DNA of 22,338 nt from a virus, in UHGV virus genome UHGV-0785299. One strand, written 5' to 3'. Positions 16,079 through 22,338 of the stretch are shown piece by piece; within the stretch, counting starts at the first letter, position 1, and each line of letters begins with the position of its first letter. A program made the position numbers and the translations under genes. The notes beneath the pieces are model-generated. The model worked only from the letters and a program-made list of their open reading frames with translations, did not search any database and was not told the origin of the DNA.

Positions 16079-16945
16079 TTATTGGAAATCGCCAACATAC
16101 ATGTTCAGCTTGTCGTCCCAATTCAGAACGACACGGATCGTTCCAGTATCTTCTGGGAAGGTCAGTTTGTCACACATGGCGCGATTAACATAAGTCCCGC
16201 TCTGGTTGACGTTGTAGTCCTTGCCTTGCATGATACCAAAACGCTTGAAGTCGCGAGTGACCATCATGTTCAGAGTTGTCCAAGGGATTGTATCGCGCAG
16301 GGCTTTGCACAGGACGATCTTGCCATCCGACCTGAACGACACAAACAGCTCGTTGGCGACACGACGGCGAGTAGGCGGTTCAAGTTCACGCAGGGAAATG
16401 AATTGTGAATTCTTTACCTTTTCTGCCAGCGCCTGTACTTCTGCTGGATCCGGCTTGAACGGCTCCACTGAAGAGTCAGACTTCATCACAACGTCACCCT
16501 TGCGCTTCTCAACCAATTGCTCCACAGCCTTTTGACTCACGGGAGGGAGGTATTTGGACTTAGGAACAACCGCTGGCTTGATGACAGGGCTTGCATCTGG
16601 TTTCGCCTTTGGAGTACTCCGAGCCGCACGCAGCTTTTCCTGGGCTTGTAGAATGCGCTCTTGACGAGAAAGCGGAGCCTTTGGGGTGATCTTCGTACTG
16701 AAGTCAGAAACGCCGACCCAGTCACCCTGGTCGTTGCGCTTGGCGACCAGGGTCAGTTTGTGGATGATACCCTGAAGTTTGCTCTCACGTAAGTTGTCGG
16801 CATACCAGAACTTCGCGCCCATCTCGAACTTCTCGGCGAAGATCACGCGAGCGTCTTCGTGTACCAACATAACTTTGGCTGCGTTGGGGGCAAAAGCCTT
16901 ATTCTTTTCGATAATCGCCGCAGCGATTGTTTTGGTCAGGAGCAT
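16079..16945 (-). CDS. hypothetical protein (288 aa), basic Lys/Pro-rich central linker
   Basis: ORF 16079..16948 (GTG) with ATG at 16945; central low-complexity segment STPKAKPDASPVIKPAVVPKSKYLPPVSQK between two globular-looking halves. Confidence 0.6.
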   Translation of the reverse strand: MLLTKTIAAAIIEKNKAFAPNAAKVMLVHEDARVIFAEKFEMGAKFWYADNLRESKLQGIIHKLTLVAKRNDQGDWVGVSDFSTKITPKAPLSRQERILQAQEKLRAARSTPKAKPDASPVIKPAVVPKSKYLPPVSQKAVEQLVEKRKGDVVMKSDSSVEPFKPDPAEVQALAEKVKNSQFISLRELEPPTRRRVANELFVSFRSDGKIVLCKALRDTIPWTTLNMMVTRDFKRFGIMQGKDYNVNQSGTYVNRAMCDKLTFPEDTGTIRVVLNWDDKLNMYVGDFQ

Positions 16946-16984
16946 CACAGTGTATTCCTTCAGTTCACAATGTAGGGCTAAATT

Positions 16985-17311
16985 TTAACCCGAAACTTTA
17001 TTTTGAAATCCGACAAAGTCCTGGGCAATCCCCCGACAATACATCAGGTCTTTCTTCGTTTGTGGACTGTTATCAGCCGCAGTCAGCATCATGGGAAGAT
17101 CCAGCGCATTCTCTATCTGATCAACACTGAACAGATCAAGGCGCTTCAGCTCCCCCTCGAAGTCGGACAGGAGGATAGATGTGTCTTTGTCATCTGGGTG
17201 GAACTGCTGATACGTCTCCATCCATGCCACACATGTGTTCAGTTTGGACGGTGGCGCGGCGTTTACACACCCGGCTATCAGTACCAACAAGAGCAGGATT
17301 TTACATTTCAT
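16985..17311 (-). CDS. lipoprotein (candidate superinfection-exclusion or envelope protein)
   Basis: MKCKILLLLVLIAGCVNAAPP: signal peptide ending in a lipobox (LIAGC); ATG 17311 overlaps the stop of the upstream gene (TGATG). Confidence 0.65.
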   Translation of the reverse strand: MKCKILLLLVLIAGCVNAAPPSKLNTCVAWMETYQQFHPDDKDTSILLSDFEGELKRLDLFSVDQIENALDLPMMLTAADNSPQTKKDLMYCRGIAQDFVGFQNKVSG

Positions 17312-17997
17312 CACTCGTTCTCCTTCATCATATTGTCGCAGTCAACACGAGTCTGCTGGAGTTCGCGCGACATGCGGGGATCATCAAGGTTCACGCTCAG
17401 ATTCGTGGCCAGGTCTTTCAGACCGTTCTGAACACGATCCTCAAAATAATAATCGTTCTCAACCAGCCAGGCTCTGAGACCAAGAGCGCGGGTGCGCCAT
17501 TCCTTCTTCAGGACGCGATCAGAGGTCTGCGTGGCGCTGTATTCGAATACTTTGACGCACTGGTTGCCATCGTTGATGAGGTTCAGGTGGCGGCGACCAA
17601 CCTGCACACCCTTCTGTAATGCCGGAGAAGGGAGCGAACGGCACTGTCTGACTGTCATTCGGCCTTGGGTGCCCATTCGGCCAGTCATGATTAAATCGCC
17701 AGCCTCCATGCCTCCACGGTTAAATTCGTCGTCATTGAGGTAGCCTTTGAGGTTATAGGCTCCCTGTTTGTAACGGTTGAACTCAATTCCGGCATTGACG
17801 ACAGCAGTGGAGACGTTGCCTGTGTTCCAGAGTTCAGCGAAGTTCTCTATGGAACCAGACTTGTCGATGGCAACCGCCTGGGAGAACCCAGCACAATAGG
17901 AAAGGTCGGACCACAGTTTATCACCTGTGGAGTTCAGCTTGGCAGCGGCGGGTAATGCCAGACCAGCCAGCACAACCCCGAGGATTAAACGTTTCAT
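17311..17997 (-). CDS. secreted hypothetical protein (228 aa)
   Basis: ORF 17311..18162; preferred start ATG 17997 (MKRLILGVVLAGLALPAAA...) gives a typical cleavable signal peptide; GGAGAA RBS upstream. Confidence 0.6.
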   Translation of the reverse strand: MKRLILGVVLAGLALPAAAKLNSTGDKLWSDLSYCAGFSQAVAIDKSGSIENFAELWNTGNVSTAVVNAGIEFNRYKQGAYNLKGYLNDDEFNRGGMEAGDLIMTGRMGTQGRMTVRQCRSLPSPALQKGVQVGRRHLNLINDGNQCVKVFEYSATQTSDRVLKKEWRTRALGLRAWLVENDYYFEDRVQNGLKDLATNLSVNLDDPRMSRELQQTRVDCDNMMKENE

Positions 17998-18076
17998 GGC
18001 GATTCTCCTTATTTCATTGGATGAAATGATAGGCGGCTCACCATGTTGAGTAAAGGGATTCAATAAACTATCGTAT

Positions 18077-18526
18077 TCAGAAACGGGTATCACTGACCGT
18101 TCTGTATCGCACACCCTGAAACTGTTTAGCGAGTTTAACAAATTCCATCGCTGGCAAATCAACTTTGTAGACCTTCATGCGCTGTTTGCCGTCCATGTTC
18201 AACGCAGCGACAAATCGGTGAGAACCGTCAACAACGTAATTGTCAGAAGACACCCAAACTCGACCCATAGGTTTCTTATTTCTGATCTGCTTCATAATCT
18301 TCCAGACCTTCATTTTATTGATTTCGTTCTGGGTAAGACGAAGCATTTTGATGGGCACTTGCACAGCATCTATGGACACGCCGTTGTCTTCAAGATATTT
18401 GTGAAAATCTTCTTGTTTGTCGGCATCGATTTGCGGCATAGAAGAACGAGAAAGCCCGAGGTTCCCAACAGGAATCCTCAGGCCGTTAATGATGTTCAAC
18501 CAGTCAATAAAAGATGTAAGGAACAT
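18077..18526 (-). CDS. hypothetical protein, possible ParB/Srx-like nuclease fold
   Basis: 149 aa; VVDGSHRFVAA resembles the DGxHR core of ParB N-terminal-domain nucleases; otherwise unassigned. Confidence 0.5.
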   Translation of the reverse strand: MFLTSFIDWLNIINGLRIPVGNLGLSRSSMPQIDADKQEDFHKYLEDNGVSIDAVQVPIKMLRLTQNEINKMKVWKIMKQIRNKKPMGRVWVSSDNYVVDGSHRFVAALNMDGKQRMKVYKVDLPAMEFVKLAKQFQGVRYRTVSDTRF

Positions 18527-18558
18527 GACACACCTCGGGATATAGGGTTATCCCTTAG

Positions 18559-18750
18559 TTAGCGCATCCATCGATCCTTTCTCTCTTTCTCCTTGCGTTC
18601 GCGACGTTTCTGATCGGATCGGAATAACCAATAGAAGAAGTTCCCACCCAAGATGAAAACCACCGCGATTATTACTAGGACACCCTTCACAATTTCCCAA
18701 ACCAATTCTTTATCCAAATTATACCTCGTCTTCTTCAGGTCCACCGTCAA
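18559..18750 (-). CDS. small membrane protein (one TM helix, basic C-tail)
   Basis: 63 aa; hydrophobic stretch VKGVLVIIAVVFILGGNFFYWLF followed by KRRERKEKERKDRWMR; start may be later than 18750 because it overlaps the upstream ORF. Confidence 0.45.
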   Translation of the reverse strand: MTVDLKKTRYNLDKELVWEIVKGVLVIIAVVFILGGNFFYWLFRSDQKRRERKEKERKDRWMR

Positions 18751-19006
18751 TCAGGATACGAGCGGTGTCGAAAGTTTCCCCGCCCGTGTTCAACAGCTTG
18801 GTTAGATCATCAAGAGTACCGACAGGACCAAGATCAGCCTGGCGGAGAACGAACTCGAGAAGCCCGTAGAGCGCTGATTGGAATCGGCTGTTGTCGATAT
18901 CGTTCTTTATTACCATCAGGCGTAAGATGTTCTCTGACTGAGTATGGCCAACACACGCCTTGTCTCTGATCATCTCCTTGATAGAACTTCTCTCGGATGG
19001 TGTCAT
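18719..19006 (-). CDS. hypothetical protein or C-terminal continuation of the 18834..19376 gene after a frameshift
   Basis: 95-aa ORF that overlaps the 3-prime 172 nt of the 18834..19376 ORF in another frame; its translation looks more protein-like than the Arg/Pro/Ser-rich tail of the other frame. Confidence 0.4.
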   Translation of the reverse strand: MTPSERSSIKEMIRDKACVGHTQSENILRLMVIKNDIDNSRFQSALYGLLEFVLRQADLGPVGTLDDLTKLLNTGGETFDTARILIDGGPEEDEV

Positions 19007-19376
19007 AAGTACCCCCGACAGAGATCAAGAACTCTTCTTGCATGGTCTTGACCGGGTGGTGGTTGCGGGTTTCGAACATGAAGCCCCAGCCACCGTCGGC
19101 GACGTTGCCAAAGGTCTTGACGCCAAAGGACTTCGTCCCGTTGGAGCAGGAATAGATGTCCAGGACGTATGGGCTACCCTGATTGTCGATCCCACGATTC
19201 ACGTCGTCTGATACGCAGCGCTCAATCATCTTCCCGTTCTTATACAGAACGAGGTCTTGGCCATACGCCTTGAAAGCATAAACACCGTTGGTAGACACTC
19301 CGGTGATGACAGGAGGGGCGGAAACAGCAGCAAAGGAAGCGCCCAGCAGGGCAACAGCGAGGATTAACTTTTTCAT
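18834..19376 (-). CDS. secreted hypothetical protein (possible frameshifted gene)
   Basis: ATG 19376 gives signal peptide MKKLILAVALLGASFAAVSAPP, similar in style to the 17997 gene; C-terminal about 50 aa (…GVCWPYSVREHLTPDGNKERYRQQPIPISALRASRVRSPPG) looks out-of-frame. Confidence 0.5.
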   Translation of the reverse strand: MKKLILAVALLGASFAAVSAPPVITGVSTNGVYAFKAYGQDLVLYKNGKMIERCVSDDVNRGIDNQGSPYVLDIYSCSNGTKSFGVKTFGNVADGGWGFMFETRNHHPVKTMQEEFLISVGGTYDTIREKFYQGDDQRQGVCWPYSVREHLTPDGNKERYRQQPIPISALRASRVRSPPG

Positions 19377-19400
19377 GATATAGTCTCTTGGTTTCAAATG

Positions 19401-19422
19401 GGCGGGGTATGATTACCCCGCC
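19401..19422 (-). terminator. GC-rich hairpin (GGCGGGG/CCCCGCC) between two minus-strand genes
   Basis: Perfect 7-bp inverted repeat with 8-nt loop; only moderate T-richness flanking, so could be a terminator or an RNA structural element. Confidence 0.4.
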
Positions 19423-19428
19423 GTGGGT

Positions 19429-19935
19429 TTATAGGGTAACAAGTGATACGGTAAAAACCATCGTCCCGTCTGTTGCCATTTTTCTTGAAACTGGTATGAC
19501 GCGAGGCTGGCAGAATATCCATTCTTTCTCCATGGACGCCAAGTCCAGCATATCCATTTCTGATTCATCGCCTTTGTTCACAAATTTTTCTAGAGAACCA
19601 TAGACATTAAGCCCCTCCGGGATTCTGTTTCGATGTTTGTAACAAATGCGGGCAACAGCTTGGGTTCCGTACGATTTAGAAAATTTTTTGGCCACATGCT
19701 TCAGTTCACTGAAGCTAAGGCAAGAATCCCATGTCTGGAACATGTCGCCTCGTTCAAACATCATCCCTAAACGCGCAACGTCCTCTTTAGGCAACCCGCG
19801 ATAAAGTGTGGTCGTCTGTGGTTCGCGCAATTCTTGCACCAGATCACGGACGGCAGGGGAAACAGTACCGGGGCGCATGATGTGGGACTTATCATGGACG
19901 AGGTAAAATAAATCTTGAATTTGTTGATCGGTCAT
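19429..19935 (-). CDS. hypothetical protein (168 aa); speculative ADP-ribosyltransferase-like R / S-x-S / E-x-E pattern
   Basis: ORF 19429..20070; preferred start ATG 19935 (MTDQQIQDLF...). TLYRG, DSCLSFS and EKEW occur in the order expected for R-S-EXE toxins, but spacing is atypical. Confidence 0.45.
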   Translation of the reverse strand: MTDQQIQDLFYLVHDKSHIMRPGTVSPAVRDLVQELREPQTTTLYRGLPKEDVARLGMMFERGDMFQTWDSCLSFSELKHVAKKFSKSYGTQAVARICYKHRNRIPEGLNVYGSLEKFVNKGDESEMDMLDLASMEKEWIFCQPRVIPVSRKMATDGTMVFTVSLVTL

Positions 19936-19954
19936 GGTATAGTTCCTGCCTTCC

Positions 19955-20194
19955 TTGGTGAAGCCAGAAGACACTGTGAGCGTTCTGTATTTCTCCTCCA
20001 AAGGCGACTTTGGTACTGTGTTCGCTGGCCGCCAGATCAATGCAGCATCCGACCTGAGCGAAATCAACAAACTGATCGACCGTTTCCTGCAACCATCCGG
20101 CTGTACTGGTTTCGTTGAGCCATTGAAACTGGCGATGGATACTGCTCGTGGCCTGAGAAGCCTGGCTACGTCACAACCTGGCGTTCATGACTGA
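19955..20194 (+). pseudogene. fragment of a vWA-domain gene (frame-disrupted)
   Basis: TTG-initiated ORF encoding VSVLYFSS...GCTGFVEPLKLAMDTARGL...QPGV, which looks like the central strands and helices of a von Willebrand A domain; the expected next motif (FMTDGYDN) is encoded immediately downstream but in another frame (20184-20207), and frame-2 stops occur at 20192 and 20201. Confidence 0.45.
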
Positions 20195-20317
20195 CGGGTA
20201 TGACAACTGCTGGCGTACCACGAAATTCTACTGGTTGCTGAGACCCTGCCATTTGCTTTCGATAACATTACTTTCATCGAATATGGCTGGTACTGTAACC
20301 GAGAACTGCTGGCGCAG

Positions 20318-21487
20318 ATGGCCGAACTCTCTGGTGCTACTCACGTGTTTGCCGAAGGTCAGACCGAATACCAGACCGAACTGGAAAACGTGCTGAAGTC
20401 ATCAGTGCCGAAGGTGGTTGTTGATGTGCCTCTGCTATACACCCACGCCATCTATGTTGAAAACGGCGTAGCAACTGTTCTGGCGGTACAGCCGGATGAA
20501 GACCATCCTATCGGCCACGTGAGCATCCCTGAGAGCGTCACCAAGCTGTGGGTTGTAAACCCTAACATGATCGACCAGATGGATAGCCTGACGGACATCC
20601 AGGCGGCATATGTGCTGGCGTTCTACGGTGTACACACTATGGACGCAGATCTGGTTTGGGCTGCGCTGAAGAAGACGGGCGACGTTCGCTTCATCAAACA
20701 GTACAGCAACTGCTTCACCAAGCAGGACTACTCCAACATCAAGAACGATCTGGTACAGGCGATTGTTGACGACCAGCTGCGCGGCGTTGACGGTATTGAC
20801 TATGACCTGGTTCCAGCTGAAGATGCGACCACCGTCGTTGATGTGCTGACGTACCTGGCTGAAGCTGGTGTGCCTGTTGCTACCAAGCATCCGATGTTCT
20901 CCTACAAGAGCATCGGGCGCGGTACTGTGCAGAAAACCGACGACACCGAAGACAAGCTGGCAGAACAGATCGCGAATGCTCAGTCCAAAGAAGAGCGTAA
21001 AGCCCTGGCTCTCAAGCTGGCAGAGCACGAAGAGTGGAACCCGACGTTCGAACCTACCAACGATCTGGGTGTTGTGCCAATCAGTGATTTGGTCTATAAC
21101 TCCGAGCGCCCGAACATCAGTGTGCGTACAATTCAACACGGTACTGTGGCTGTGCCTGAATTCGCACAGAAGAAGTTTGGCCTGCCTGAAGAACTGGATA
21201 CTTTCCAGTGGCGCAACTACACCATCGTCAAAGACGGTATCATTAACGTGAAGACTCTGCCGTTCAAGGCTGATATCGAAGTCGTGCATAAGCTGATCGA
21301 AATGGGCGTCCACGTGTTTGGTGGTCCAGAAGTGTTTGTCCTGAACCTGGAAAGCGTACCGCTGGTCAACCGCGCCATGGTCAAGAACATCAGTGCTGCT
21401 CAGTTCTTTGCGGATAATGTCCGTCTGGAAGCCCTGAAAAGGCAAGCAGAAGGTGCTGAAGTTCTATCGAGACGCCCTGGTTGGTAA
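20318..21487 (+). CDS. central part of the vWA-domain protein (open frame actually extends upstream to 20204)
   Basis: 389-aa ORF in the same frame as the 19955 fragment; protein-like translation continues upstream of the first ATG back to 20204; ends 5 codons after an A4 run where a +1 shift joins it to the next ORF. Confidence 0.6.
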   Translation: MAELSGATHVFAEGQTEYQTELENVLKSSVPKVVVDVPLLYTHAIYVENGVATVLAVQPDEDHPIGHVSIPESVTKLWVVNPNMIDQMDSLTDIQAAYVLAFYGVHTMDADLVWAALKKTGDVRFIKQYSNCFTKQDYSNIKNDLVQAIVDDQLRGVDGIDYDLVPAEDATTVVDVLTYLAEAGVPVATKHPMFSYKSIGRGTVQKTDDTEDKLAEQIANAQSKEERKALALKLAEHEEWNPTFEPTNDLGVVPISDLVYNSERPNISVRTIQHGTVAVPEFAQKKFGLPEELDTFQWRNYTIVKDGIINVKTLPFKADIEVVHKLIEMGVHVFGGPEVFVLNLESVPLVNRAMVKNISAAQFFADNVRLEALKRQAEGAEVLSRRPGW

Positions 21488-22058
21488 GGGTAACGCCAAA
21501 GGCCTGGCAGTACAGTACGGCGCTGAGGCGGCCGAGTTCCTGTCCTCCTACGGCATCCGCGATTACGGCTTCTCACCGAAGACTGAGACCAAAGAGTCTA
21601 CCGACTTCTACATGAGCCGTGAGCTGAACGTGAAGATCGCCGGGGCGTCTTCACTACCGAGCATCGCGGCAGTACAGAAGAAGATCGCAGAGAACAAGAA
21701 ACTCAATGCTGGTGACTTGTTCATCGCCAATGCTCTGAAAGAGTACGAAGCATTCGTGAAGTCTCCTATGATCACTGCCGTGCCTGAAGCCTTACAGAAA
21801 CAGCTGATCGAAAACTGGATCGACGCTGCTGCCAAGGCGGCCATCACCGAAGTCCGTGCCCTGAACAAGACACTGTCTAAAGTGGTGTATGGTATCGTTG
21901 CTGGCCACGGCTGGTTCACCGACCTCGACCTGGAAGAGTCCACCATGGAAGTTGAAGTGGATGGCGTGAAGTACAAGGTCACTGCCGAACTGACAGAGAA
22001 AGAAAATCAAAATCTAATCCAACGGGCGGGGCAACCCGCCTTTCTTTGGGAGAAGTAG
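21453..22058 (+). CDS. C-terminal part of the same protein (reached by a +1 shift at 21437-21440)
   Basis: GTG-initiated ORF; skipping one A of the AAAA run at 21437-21440 fuses ...NVRLEALK to GKQKVLKFYRDALVGKGNAKG... without a stop; last codons overlap a terminator hairpin. Confidence 0.55.
   Translation: MLKFYRDALVGKGNAKGLAVQYGAEAAEFLSSYGIRDYGFSPKTETKESTDFYMSRELNVKIAGASSLPSIAAVQKKIAENKKLNAGDLFIANALKEYEAFVKSPMITAVPEALQKQLIENWIDAAAKAAITEVRALNKTLSKVVYGIVAGHGWFTDLDLEESTMEVEVDGVKYKVTAELTEKENQNLIQRAGQPAFLWEK
22025..22047 (+). terminator. intrinsic terminator (GGCGGG/CCCGCC stem, GCAA tetraloop, TTTCTTT tract)
   Basis: Perfect 6-bp GC stem 22025-22030/22035-22040 with GNRA-type loop followed by a T-rich run; overlaps the last codons of the upstream ORF and precedes the RBS GGGAGAAG of the next gene. 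Confidence 0.55.
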
Positions 22059-22059
22059 C

Positions 22060-22338
22060 ATGAGCAGTAAACCAACATATGTTGAAGTCATGCGTCATCT
22101 GGCTCAGTACGCCACTGACAATCTGAATATGGATCTGTGGCGTGACGATGACAAGCGCAAATTGCTGGACGACGTGGCATCTCAGAACGAGGACGCCCTG
22201 GACAAGCTGGCTGGTCTCCGTACCAAGAAAGACCTCGGCGGTGACGAACTGGATGCCATCGAAATCGTAATGGAACTAGAAGAAGAGTTTCAGGTCGAAA
22301 TCGACGACGGTTGGCTGGGTAGTAAAGGTGATGACCCG
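22060..22338 (+). CDS. acyl-carrier-protein-like protein with Glu at the expected phosphopantetheine-attachment Ser position (C-terminus runs off the window)
   Basis: ATG 22060 with GGGAGAAG RBS; hand translation ...KKDLGGDELDAIEIVMELEEEFQVEIDDG closely parallels the ACP core [27 protein letters not shown] (recalled from memory), with the attachment Ser replaced by Glu. Confidence 0.6.
   Translation, partial: MSSKPTYVEVMRHLAQYATDNLNMDLWRDDDKRKLLDDVASQNEDALDKLAGLRTKKDLGGDELDAIEIVMELEEEFQVEIDDGWLGSKGDDP

Noticed and set aside
19936-20070. Longer version of the minus-strand gene starting at 20070
   Set aside because: The N-terminal 45 codons overlap the plus-strand vWA remnant and look poorly composed; ATG 19935 preferred, though not certain.
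1-22338. CRISPR arrays, tRNA genes, integrase or transposase genes, terminal repeats
   Set aside because: No regularly spaced direct repeats, no cloverleaf-compatible sequence in the intergenic regions inspected, and no recombinase-like ORF; nothing indicates a prophage boundary or mobile element.

Overview
This window reads as a densely packed segment of a large virulent T4-superfamily-like phage genome (family assignment is inferred from motifs and gene order, not from a database search). About 85% of the coding is on the minus strand, with many start/stop overlaps. The recognisable backbone is a late-sigma (gp55-like) - Mre11/SbcD (gp47-like) - Rad50/SbcC (gp46-like) module at 7137-11318, flanked by an RNase HI, a DinG/XPD-like Fe-S helicase, an HU-like DNA-binding protein and a DUF4326 protein. 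Two perfect TATAAATA boxes (T4 late-promoter consensus) are present. One (minus strand, 1408-1415) sits upstream of a small protein with a T4 capsid-targeting-like N-terminus, which lies downstream of a 1025-aa protein. The other (plus strand, 11860-11867) drives a lone plus-strand gene embedded among minus-strand genes. The right part (14918-19935) is a block of unknown genes enriched for exported proteins (one lipoprotein, two signal-peptide proteins, one small membrane protein). The far right end (19862-22058) looks like one vWA-domain gene broken into several frame-shifted pieces, followed by an acyl-carrier-protein-like gene whose expected attachment serine is a glutamate. No tRNA, CRISPR array, integrase or transposase was seen. 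All functional calls rest on motif recognition by eye and need homology searches to confirm.
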